In this document: piece after piece, positions 1-11,095 of the stretch | Layout of the letters: each line of letters starts with the position of its first letter | How positions within the stretch are numbered: position 1 is the first letter of the stretch | Assembly (NCBI GenBank): GCA_951406725.2 | Contig: OX597831.1 | Coordinates: 83,204,001-83,268,000, forward strand | Length of the DNA: 64,000 bases | Source: Octopus vulgaris | Taxonomy: Eukaryota | Reading direction: 5' to 3' | The notes under the pieces: generated by a model | What the model was told of the DNA's origin: nothing | Databases searched by the model: none | The model's input: the letters and a program-made list of their open reading frames with translations, nothing else | Program-made: the position numbers and the translations under genes

Positions 1-971
1 TGACTAGAGAAATCAATCGACCAACATTTTTTATCAGCAATTATTACGTAGAGATTATTAACTTAGTTGTCTAATCAGTAAAGAGTCAACCAGTGAATTC
101 TTTAAGCATGGCATTCTTCATCTGTGGTTAGGCTTTGAAGCCTTCTCAAGTAAGAACAGAGTTTTGTTCCTCAATATCAGAATATGTAGAAGACATTGTA
201 AGTGAGAGGTGTTAACTGCCTCAAGCGACCTAGAAATATCTCGAAGAAAATGTAGTGGTTACTGCAGAAGTAAGCTAAAGGTGGTTGGTTTTGGGGGCAG
301 GTTTCAATTTTTATTTGAACAAATTTTAATTCCTGGCCATCTCTAATTCCCTTGAGAAAGATATTGACAAGGGACAACTCTTTCTCTTAAAATTGGCTTC
401 AGACAAGAGTTTGGCACAAGAAAAGGCTCCACTTGGCTGTTTTCTTCTTGCCACACTTCAGTGGGGAATAATCTTTAAGCAGCAAGAGGTTTTAGAACTA
501 TTCTAGAGCAGGTTTGGAACTGAACTACAGTGTCTTCATGATGCTAATGTTTAAACATACACACGCATTAACATATACCCGTATACATTCAAACAGATAA
601 GAATACACACATACATGCACACACGTACATGCACATTTAGAAAAGCCAATCCTACTTTTAGTTAATTCATGAGCATGGAAGCATTGGTGTTTAATTAATA
701 ATGAATTTAAAGACTAAGCTAAAACAAGAACTGGATCTCAAAGAAATTATGCGAAAGAAATGAAAATTAATGATTTTCAATATCTTAAAGTAGAAAGCTG
801 AAAATTTATTTAAAATATTAAGTGTGCAGATATATATATTTATATATATATATATCTGTAAATGTAATATGTGACAACTATTTGGTAGCCAAGATAAATT
901 CCTCTATTTACATAATATCGAGGTCTCTTTCTTTCTTTTGTTATCTTACTGTTTTTATCAATATATATTCA

Positions 972-982
972 TATATATATAT

Positions 983-1027
<45 letters not shown>

Positions 1028-1037
1028 TATATGCATA

Positions 1038-1075
<38 letters not shown>

Positions 1076-1145
1076 TATGTATGTGTATATATATATATAT
1101 ATATATACACATATATATGTATGTATATATATATATATATACATA

Positions 1146-1185
<40 letters not shown>

Positions 1186-1225
1186 TATGTATGTATATAT
1201 ATATATATATATATACATATATATG

Positions 1226-1260
<35 letters not shown>
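972..1260. repeat. (AT)n microsatellite with AC/GT interruptions
   Basis: Direct dinucleotide array; source of the spurious YIYI ORFs. Confidence 0.95.
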
Positions 1261-1263
<3 letters not shown>

Positions 1264-1432
1264 AATTGAGATAGGGGTTGTAAATGCAACCCTCCATGGG
1301 ATAACATATATCCAATATACTGCTAGTGAAGTACCCAACAAAGTTAATACATAAATGTTAAGGATTGCGATGCAATCAATTTATTTACTGTATTATATGG
1401 GCAAAGGTAAACTGATTTACCTCAAATTACTA

Positions 1433-1964
1433 ATACAAGATAAGAAAATGGAGAAATGCATCTAAATCAAATATCAATTACCAGATAATACTCAATCACA
1501 TACTTTATTAAACCACCACATAAGAGACTGTAGGGTTAAACATAAAAAGTAGAACAAATCAGTGTACATAAAGGAATGTACATAAAAAAGTGTACATAAA
1601 AGAGTAATGTTGTATAATAAGTAGAATATATATAAAAAAGAGAATATAAATATAAGTGAATATAAATATAAGTATAGATTGCATCTTACAGCTGTTTTGG
1701 CTGAAACAGCTGTAAGATGCAATCTATACTTATATTTATATTCACTTATATTTATATTCTCTTTTTATATATATTCTACTTATTATACAACATTACTCTT
1801 TTATGTACACTTTTTTATGTACATTCCTTTATGTACACTGATTTGTTCTACTTTTTATGTTTAACCCTACAGTCTCTTATGTGGTGGTTTAATAAAGTAT
1901 GTGATTGAGTATTATCTGGTAATTGATATTTGATTTAGATGTATTTCTCCATTTTCTTATCTTG

Positions 1965-1967
<3 letters not shown>
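1433..1967. repeat. Near-perfect long inverted repeat (about 265-bp arms, 6-bp spacer), probably inverted Penelope-like pseudo-LTRs
   Basis: 1433-1697 is the reverse complement of 1704-1967; by eye one substitution and one 1-nt homopolymer indel. Centre TACAGCTGTTT-TGGCTG-AAACAGCTGTA. AATAAA at about 1891 in the right arm. Confidence 0.9.
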
Positions 1968-1997
<30 letters not shown>

Positions 1998-2004
1998 GCA
2001 TATG

Positions 2005-2045
<41 letters not shown>

Positions 2046-2047
<2 letters not shown>

Positions 2048-2307
2048 ACCCCCTTCGGTCATGAATGACCATGGGATTGCACCTAGAAAGTTACCCTCCT
2101 AGACACAAGTCCGGGCAAAGTTGTTTATGGAAGACCAGCAGTCGCCCATGCATACCAGCCTCCCCTCTCCACGCCACCAGTGTTATCCAAGGGAAAGACA
2201 AAGGTCGATACAGCTTGAAACCAGTGACGTCGCAACTCATTTCTACAGCTGAGTGAACTGGAGCAACGTGAAATAAAGTGCTTTGCTCAAGAACACAACA
2301 CGCAGGC
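2046..2307 (-). mobile_element. SINE-like repeat family C, copy lacking its head
   Basis: Close match to 46125-46292; the central part (GTTCTTGAGCAAAGCACTTTATTTCACGTTGCTCCAGTTCACTCAGCTGT on the minus strand) recurs at about 18340-18490, 35465-35530 and 38280-38400. Sits between (AT)n tracts. Confidence 0.7.
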
Positions 2308-2512
2308 ATATATATATATATATACATATATATGCATATATATATATATATATATGCATATATATGTATGTTTATATATATATATATATATATATGCATA
2401 TATATGTATATATATATATGCATATATATGTATATATATATATATATGCATATATATGTATATACATATATATGCATATAAACATGTATATATATATATA
2501 TATGCATATATG
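2308..2512. repeat. (AT)n/ATGC compound microsatellite
   Basis: Direct. Confidence 0.9.
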
Positions 2513-3739
2513 AATGTTCTTCCTAGAGGTAAGACAAATTTTTTTCATGTTTGTTGCATACACACGTCTTTGCTAGTATATACGCAGTGAAGCTATACAA
2601 TAGCGTTGTATTTATATCGATTGCTATTTTCCAGTAAATATCAGTACCTTGTTGTACCATTTATCTACTTTATATATATATATATTGTTATAATCTTTGG
2701 ATGGAATTTGTAAATACTTTAGTGCACTGCTACACGCGTTTTCAAAAATCATGTTTCTTAAGATCATAATATGTATTCCTGAGATGATTACAGTACAGTC
2801 CATTGCATCCTTGGACATCAGGTGGATCATGAATGCATTAAAATATTTATAAGTCCCATCCATGGATTATTATTATTATTATTATTATTATTGTTATTAC
2901 TATATTTATCACACATTATATCAGCAGGCCTCGGTGCGACCCCATAAAACTGGTAGCACCAGTTTGCATCATTTGGCTGCAGCTAGCATAATACAATAGG
3001 AGCTTTTATATGCGCATTCAAAACACTTTACATAAATGAACTTAAATGATATATATATACACACATTATATATACATATATGTATATATATAAGTGGCAA
3101 TTCCAGAACTGAAGCAGTTCAGGCTTAGCCTGAGTACAAATTTACTAAAGTGAACCTGTATTTTTCAAGCTGCTTTAATTTCTGCCAACACTGACTTCAA
3201 GTAAGTAATTGCAGCCAATAACCCAGGCTCCTTTTATTGAGCCTGGTTGCAATTCATTTATTTTCATTCAGCATCTGGTGGTTGCCTTAGAAGTGCCCTG
3301 TGTCAAAAAATACCGTTCGTAGCAGACTTTCTCTCAATATCATTGACACGCACCTGACTTGGGTTCAGAAGTTACAGTCAAAGTTGCTATCTATAATCGT
3401 AAAAATTAAAAGTGATTCAAATTCAATGTTTTCTTGAAATAATAAATTTCTATAGAGATTAGGATTTAAATTCCAATCTATGAAAAGTTTCCGTTCTACA
3501 ATATTCTTAAAGGAACAAAAAATTATCCAGCAACTCGGGCTAATACGAATGAGCCTGGTAGGTGTAAAAGACTAACTGGCATCTCTTGTCATGAGCACAG
3601 GCAACAGTCAGATCGGTGATGGGTGCTGAGCACTCCGCTGTCATTATTTGATTGCTGTTATTCTGTGCATCTGTGAGTAAAGATCAGTTGTGTTTTTGCA
3701 TGGTTGCCTTACTTTTTACCCTTAACTTAAAAATGGAGA

Positions 3740-5710
3740 AAGACATACTGTTAAATATAAAACAAAGTCATTCTTCGAGCAGGTAGTCTGACTCCTTAAA
3801 TGAAAACCAAAGTTAGAACTTGAACATTCCAGATAAAATGGTATGAGCAGATTGATTGGCTTTGTGCAAGTAGCATCACAGAGAAACTCTACCTCTGGCC
3901 ATGTTTGTTGTTTCAAGCCAAAGCTAATCAATCGTGGACAGATGGAGACTATAATAATTATAAAAGCATCCTGAGTAACTGTAAGTATCACAGTAAATCA
4001 GTGAGTCATTTAAGTAGTTATAAAAGCTTCAAAACTTTTGGACTGTACGATATATTAGTGAGTCTGCTATTAGTGAGCTGAAGAAAATGGACAAAATTTT
4101 AAAGCAGTTGACAAATGCAGTGTTATATCTGTGTAAACAAGAGTTGCGTTGACATGAACACGATGAAGGGACAACCTTTACAGAGGAAATTACCGTGAAC
4201 GATTGCAGTGCTTTGCTGAAATTGAAAGCATGTTTGCTTCTAGACTTTCTACTAAAGAGAGGTCAAAATGGTTTTCAGGAGTCTCAAATACAATACAAAA
4301 CAACCAAGTGCAAGCGATTGGAAACGTCAGCTCAGGTGAAATTAGAAGCAAAGTTGATAAAGTTCCGTTTATGTCTGAACAAGCTGACAAAACAACAGAC
4401 CGTGCAACTGTCGGTCATAATAGAGATATATTTATGGAGACAAAACATGTGAATGATTTCATGGATGATTGTATGAAGTCAGGGATGATAAAAGTGCTAC
4501 AAGACTGGATGATGTGATCCCAACTGCACTGAACTCCTTCAGTGACACTACGGATCAATAGTGAGCCACACTTACGATGGAGCAGCTGTAATGGCAGGAA
4601 CGCTAAATGGAGTTCAGAGCAAAATAAGGAATAAACGGTTTAAACGTGCACTTTGTTAACTTAAATTAGTCTTGAGTAAAAGTGTTTTTTTCTCATTTAC
4701 ATGCATTTAGTAGATTGAAATCTTCCAGTACCAAGCTGGAAATGTTTTCAGGCAGTTTGATGTCAGTATTCCATCACTGTGCAAAACAAGATGGTGCTAT
4801 AGAACAAGAACTGTGTCATCCACAAAGCTATTGCATGTAAACTTGAAAAATGCTTCTCACAAGTATTCTAGGCTTTAGGGATGAAGATACACTTTGTCAA
4901 AAAGACAATCCATTGGCAAAGTTGAATGATTTCACGTTCATGTTTTTCATCAATTGTTTTCATAACATACTTTCTCAGGTTGGAAAAGTCTTTGATATCC
5001 TACAGTGAAAGCTATTCGACATAACGTAGGGTCAGAATGACTTAATTCATTGTGTTAAAGGTTATCATAAGGACAAACATTATGAAAAACATTCTGTGCA
5101 ATACAGCTGCTGTCATTGAACAGGCAAATGAGTTTGATCCTCTTCCTATAAAAAGAGCCAGAGGTGCACAAATTAATTACAAAACTACCTATTTTGAAAT
5201 AATTGATAACATCCTAATATCTTTACAAGAGAAATTTTCTGACATTCAGGAGTATACATTTTTTTAATTACTAGACATTAATAAGTTTGAAGAGTTTGCT
5301 AACTCGTTTCCCATGCAACATATGGACTCTCTAGAAAACAAGTATCTCTGTATTTTTGACTGTAAGAGCTTAGTGGCCGAGCTAAAATATATTTATGTTG
5401 ACAGTGGTTTCAAAAAGGACAATTCAATTAACCCTTTTTTAGAATTACTGTATAATTCCGCTATGCTGGAATCCATTAAACTAATTAAGCTAGTGCTGAC
5501 CATCCCCTTAACATCAGTCACTAATGAGAGAAGTTTCTCACTGTTCGGGTAGAATCTGCTCGTCTTTCAGAAGCCGAATGGCCCAAGACTGGCTGCCCTC
5601 ACTGGCTCATATTTCTATCGAGAAAAGTATTTTGAATGACTTGGGCAACAAGAAGGAACTGCATGGCAGGAGTTCACCATCAAACCAAGATGACTGGAGT
5701 TCATGCATAA
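3740..5710 (+). pseudogene. Decayed hAT-superfamily transposase (ZMYM1-like type with N-terminal TTF zinc finger)
   Basis: Manual translation gives, in collinear order: TFQIKWYEQIDWLCASSITEKLYLWPCLLF...W...H..S..H from 3824 (TTF zinc finger-like); an RGHDE-like motif at about 4145; SNTIQN and ADKTTD (DETTD-like) in ORF 4203-4517; YDGAAVMAGTLNGVQSKI from 4573; IPSLCKTRW at about 4768; LVLTIPLTSVTNERSFS and RSRMAQDWLPSLAHISIEK (hAT C-terminal dimerisation domain) at 5480-5625. Many frameshifts and stops. Confidence 0.9.
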
Positions 5711-5889
5711 ACAAAGTGATTTTTATCTTAAAACTTTATTTCTGTGGCATTCTTTTGTTAGAAGCAGCAAACTTGCTTACTGCTGTATTATTGGTGCACA
5801 GATCAATCTGCAGTGTGCATTGCGTCTCTTAACTCCTTTTATACATTTGTCTTATGTGATGCTGATGACATGGAGTTGCCTCCAGGAAC

Positions 5890-6330
5890 AGGCATGGATG
5901 GGAGGTTAAGAAACTAGGTCAGCAACAAAGTGGTTTCAGGTTCTGTTCCACAGTGCAGCACCTTGGGTAGGTGTCTTCTACAATAGCCCCAGGCTGACCA
6001 ATGCCTTGTGAGAGAATTTGGGAGATGGAAACTGTGTGAAAGCCTCCTCATATATGTGCATGTGTGAGTGTGTTGTGTATGCGTGTGCATGTGTTGTGTA
6101 TGTGAGTGTTTGTGCGTGTTGTGCATGTGTGTGTGTGTGTGTATGTCCCCCCACCATCTCTTGACAACCAATATTGGTTTGTTTACATTCCCGTAACTTA
6201 GCAGTTCAGCAAAAGAGACCAATACAATAAGTAAAAGGCTTACAAAGAATAAGTCCTGGGATTGATTTGTTCAATTAAAAGTGCTGCTCCAGCATGGCTG
6301 CAGTCAAATGACTGAAACAAGTAAAATAAT
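5890..6330 (+). mobile_element. tRNA-derived SINE family A (diverged copy)
   Basis: Collinear with 11496-11900: GCACCTTGGG..GTGTCTTCTAC core, internal GT repeat, tail GTGCTGCTCCAGCATGGCTGCAGTCAAATGACTGAAACAAG. Confidence 0.85.
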
Positions 6331-6370
6331 AAATGTGTGTGTGTGAGAGAAAGCGAGAGAGCAAGAGAGT

Positions 6371-6411
<41 letters not shown>

Positions 6412-6479
6412 ATATATATTTATCTAAGCATATCCATCTATTCCTGTCAATATTTAACATATCACCATTTTATATTCTT

Positions 6480-7045
6480 TCTGCACGTGTTGGATGGAAC
6501 TGCATCTTCACCACTGCATCTCAGCCGATGTTGACATGAGACTGTTGCAGTTCAGTGTCAACACCATCAAGAAATTCAACCTCTCAAGATCAACCTTCAT
6601 CACTTCTTCCCATCTCTTCTTCTTCTACAAATTCCTTCCATTTGGACTATTTATAAAACAGACATCTTCCATTCACATCAGACTTCCATACCCATGTACC
6701 CTCTTCTTGCTTAGTACACCCAGATTTTCTCTTTGTAATCCCTCATTGAAATATACTAAACTTACACATCCAACAAGGCATGCTTGCCTCATAATCTTCT
6801 CAGCCTTCATGCAACGTTCCCATTCAGTGTCCCTGTTTAACTATCTTCCTTTTTTTCTACACACCATCAACAAACAGCCACGAAGCCACCCTTCATTCTG
6901 AAAGTGAATCTCTTTGTTGCTGGCAGAGGTAACAGCTACCTTCACTCACCCCCCGCCCCACCTTACCTTTGGAACACCCAATTCTATTACTGATTAGGTT
7001 ACCTAGGTAACACAAATTATCAACTACTTCTAAGAAGCTTCCCAT
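6480..7045 (-). mobile_element. RTE-like LINE remnant (RT thumb to 3' end)
   Basis: Minus-strand LEVVDNLCYLGNLIS resembles the RTE 'LE.V..F.YLG..I' motif; heavily decayed. Confidence 0.5.
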
Positions 7046-7168
7046 GCGGTTGTACATACAATAAAAGGCATTCATCAAAACTTAAAAGACAGAAACTGAG
7101 AAATAAGGTCAAAACTGGAAGTGTTTGTTGTTCCATTTTTTGAAGATTTCAGTTTGTTTTAGTCTGGG

Positions 7169-7233
7169 TGGTAATGCGGTGGGGTGGGGGGCGTGTGGCT
7201 GGTAATGCGGTGGGTTGGGGGGCGTGTGGCTGG
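7169..7233 (+). repeat. 31-bp G-rich tandem duplication
   Basis: TGGTAATGCGGTGGG[G/T]TGGGGGGCGTGTGGC, two copies. Confidence 0.9.
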
Positions 7234-7631
7234 TCTTTCGTTTACTATCGTTCAATAGAATCTAGAAGATTGATATTAAAAAGACAAGATATGAAATGAT
7301 GACAGACACTTTACTGATAAATGGTATAGCAACAGTTAGATAACGTATTGGGACTGCCAACTCATGGATCTTGAGTTCATATCTACTGCAGGTATTTCAC
7401 TGATGGTGTTGGAGGGGTTGGGGTAGGAAGAGATATATCTGAGTTGAATATTTAGTTCTACATACCTTAGTTTATGTGCTCGTCAAAAATAGGTAGGAGA
7501 GATCTTTGGGGAATATTACACGCAATAGCCTGGTGTGAAACCCAAAGAACGTTATCTCCCTCAACTGATTAATGCCATGAAATTGGAGCTGAGCATCAGC
7601 CTTATAAGTTATAATGGGGAGACAGATTATG

Positions 7632-7662
<31 letters not shown>

Positions 7663-8760
7663 TACATGCACACACACACACACACATAGCAAGAGAGAGA
7701 TAAATAGACAGACAGACAGATGGAGAGATAGAGACAGCTTTAAAATATATTTATGCCAGAATGCTACTATAACAGTTTAGTGACAACTCAGAAAGCTGAA
7801 AGTTAAATGAACCTTTGTAGACAATTCACAGAGAAACTGTTATTGCACTATTAAATAAATTGTTGTAAAAGTGTAAATACGAAGATAATAAAATCTCTTA
7901 AGGGGTTGTTTAAGGATATCCAATATGGATGAGATGGAATCACAGAACAAGATAAAGCCAACAGAGAGAAGTGCTCTTTCAGTAAGATCGGTAAAGTGGT
8001 TCAGTGCAGTGGAGACCCACTTCGTTTTATGAAGATATTCTATTATCAATTAGCTGTTCTGTATAGACACCATTCTCTCTGTATTTGAAGCTTGTACACA
8101 AGTTTATACAGTGAAGACGAGATGTCAGACAGGAAAGGTTTGTAATGAAGAGATTAAGAATGAAAGTAAGATATAGATTAACTCGATCAATTTGTTAGTG
8201 AACACATCAAAGTGTTCGTTCTAATCAATAAGATGTTGAAAAACGATACAAATACTTCAGCTAAATCTGATAAAATATCTGATTAAGAAGAGGCATGTGA
8301 CAATAACTTAAGTACATTGATGTGCTCTGATGTTCGTGATAGTGTCATATAAGATGTTCTTCGAAAATAACATGGCTCTCAACTGTTAGAGGTCATCACA
8401 TCATTGTCAATATGAAACTAGAGCCATTAGTGATTCATTCCAGAATATATGAACACTTGAAACTGGCCTCTCATTTCAAAGTGAACACTAAAGATGTTGA
8501 GCAATCAGAATTAATGAAACACACACATTGACTTTTACACAGTTGCAAAGTTACAGTGAAATTACAGAGATATTAACAAGAGAAAGTAGAATATCTTCTT
8601 ATATAATGGACTTTATCTGGTTCGATATATTAAGGGTTTGAGTTCAAACCTAACGCAAGTTCACTTGGTTTTTCATTCATTTAACTCAATGTCAATAATC
8701 AATAACAATAATGATAATAATGATAATAATAATAATAATAATAACAATAATAAATAATAA

Positions 8761-8973
8761 TCCTTTCTATAAAGCTACAAGGTCTGAAATTCAGAGGAGA
8801 GGGATAGTTGGTTACATCAACCCCAGTACTCAACTGGTACTAATTTTATCAACCCTGAAAGGATGAAAGGCAAAGCCAACCTCGGCAGATTTTGAACTCA
8901 GAATGTGAAAACATTTGAAATAAGGCTAAGTATTTCACCCAGCATGCTAACGATTCTGCCAGCTCACTGCCTT
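8761..8973 (-). mobile_element. tRNA-derived SINE family B (Meta-domain-like)
   Basis: Reverse complement matches 17526-17740 (GAGTTCAAA B-box; TTTGCCTTTCATCCTTTC.GGGT.GATAAA..AGTACC); flanked by (AAT)n on both sides. Confidence 0.85.
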
Positions 8974-8974
8974 C

Positions 8975-9017
<43 letters not shown>

Positions 9018-9049
9018 TAATAACGATGATGATGATGATGATGATGTAG

Positions 9050-9868
9050 ACCAAAGTGCTGATACCGCAACGATGGGATTGAAATAGTGGACCACCTAAT
9101 CTCTGGATGTAAGGTTTTAGCACCTGTAGAGTACAAATCAAGACATGACAGAGTTGGCCAATATCCACACTGGATAATGTTTCGTCATTATAAAATCAAA
9201 ACTGATGATAAATGGTACAAGAACCACCCTGAGGCTGTAACTGAGGGAGAAAATGTAATGATTCTTTGGGACTTCCCAATATGTACAGAAAGGACCATCG
9301 AAGCAAACAAACCAGATATTGTTGTGAAAGACCAAAGCAGTAAAGTCTGTTTATTGATTGCCATGAGCGAACCCTGTGACCATAATATCTCGGCAAAAGA
9401 ATTTGATAAGCTCAGAAAATATAAAGATTTGCAAATTGAAATCGAAAAGATGTGGCATTTCAAGACGGTTACAATACCAGTGATTGTAGGAGCACTTGCA
9501 ATGATCAAAAAAGGAACTGAAAATTATCTAAGAATGATCCCTGGCTTACTATCCATGCAAGGAAGTACAAAAAATGACTGTCTTAACTGGTACATCACAC
9601 ATACTGAGAAGAACATTGACATTGTGAATTTTTCTTTCCTTTTTTCCCTTTTATTTATTTTGTTTGTTTCTTTTCTTTTTTTTATTTTTCCTTTTTCTCT
9701 CTGTTGTTCTTCCCCTTTTTTGCTATCACATGACACTGTAAATGAGCAATCTGGTGTGTTTATTTTAATGGCCTACCAATGTATACAGTACATTTCTCTG
9801 CCCTAGGTGTCAGGAAGACACTCAGCAAGAAATGGAAACAGAATTGAAAGAAGATAATAAGGAAAATG

Positions 9869-9870
<2 letters not shown>
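9050..9870 (+). mobile_element. R4/Dong-like non-LTR retrotransposon 3' fragment (CCHC + restriction-like endonuclease)
   Basis: ORF 9087: HLISGC...YKSRHDRV...ILWDFPICTERTIEANKPDIVV...KLRKYKDL...IPVIVGAL; lies between (AAT)n/(GAT)n and (AAT)n tracts. Confidence 0.9.
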
Positions 9871-9918
<48 letters not shown>

Positions 9919-9994
9919 TTTGGTACTACACCAGCAATTTCGGTGGAGGCGGGGAAGTCGATTACATTGCCCCCCCCCCTTAGGTTTCAACTAG

Positions 9995-10520
9995 TACAAT
10001 AATTCCTCACTTTACGAGGTCCCGCTTTAACAGACCCTGAGTTTACAAAATTTCTACAACTATAACAAATGCTTCTGCATGTTACTGAGAAATTTATGGA
10101 GAACGGAAAAAAAGCTTCTTCTAAGCAAACAACTCGACACTTGTGATTTTAAAAAGAAATCTACAAGTCTGTCTATGAATGCATGTGAATCAGGGATCAT
10201 GTCAGCAAGTGATGGTAAGTGCAAGTCGAGTGCAAGTCGAGTGCGAGTGAAAGGGATTCAGAAAATAATTATAATAATAATATTTTCTATCACAAATGAT
10301 CTTGACATGTTTTTTACTTTACATGAAATATTCTTGACATTCTACTCTTGGTTTATTGCCATTTATTTACAAGTTTTATAAATTTTATAGGAACAATATT
10401 TTTCTGGGAACGAATTATGATTTATAATATTCCTACAAGGGGAAATTATTGCTCTGCTTTACGAGTTTTCACTTCACGAGCGGTTTCCACTGCACACATC
10501 CTATGCAGAGCACTTTCAAT
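9995..10520 (+). mobile_element. Possible pogo/Tigger-like MITE (degraded)
   Basis: Begins TA-CAATAATTCCTCACTTTACGAG; subterminal CTTTACGAGTTTTCACTTCACGAG near 10457. Right TIR not clearly preserved. Confidence 0.35.
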
Positions 10521-10628
10521 ACAGTTAAAATAAGAGCACCACAACAAACCACAGCACATACCCAAGGCACACAGAGCTGAGCTCGGTAGTGAAGTGAAAG
10601 CACGTTATAAAAATAAAACTACTGAATG

Positions 10629-10665
<37 letters not shown>

Positions 10666-10667
10666 GA

Positions 10668-10907
10668 GATCATGGGCCAGGCCAAAACAATGCAAAGTAA
10701 ATGCGAGGTAAATCACAAGAAAACAAATATGTGAATTAATGTAGACTTACCTTCTATTTAATATTTCAGGGTTTTCATCAATTTCTTGAAAATGGGGTCA
10801 TAACCCCGAAATATTGAATACAAGATAAGTCTACATTAATTCACATATTTGTTTTCTTATGATTTACCTTGCATTTACTTCGCATTGTTTTGGCCTTACC
10901 CACGATC
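10668..10907. mobile_element. Foldback/MITE-like element with about 106-bp imperfect inverted repeats
   Basis: 10668-10773 is the approximate reverse complement of 10802-10907 (e.g. AGAAAACAAATATGTGAATTAATGTAGACTTA / TAAGTCTACATTAATTCACATATTTGTTTTCT); about 28-bp spacer. Confidence 0.85.
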
Positions 10908-11095
10908 ATTTATACAATATATTCTACACAATGCTTCACAGTAATTATTCCATAATAATAATAATAATAATTTATTTCTTTATTGCCCACAGAGGGCTAA
11001 ACATAGAGGGAACAAACAAGGACAGACAAAGCAATTAAGTCGATTACATCAACCCCAGTGCCTGATTGGTACTTATTCAATCGACCCTGAAGGGA

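Noticed and set aside
822-1354. Long YIYI-type ORFs on both strands
   Set aside because: Translations of (AT)n microsatellite, which lacks stop codons.
2624-2863. ORF starting MDGTYK, reminiscent of a MULE transposase motif
   Set aside because: Only a six-residue resemblance with no further motifs.
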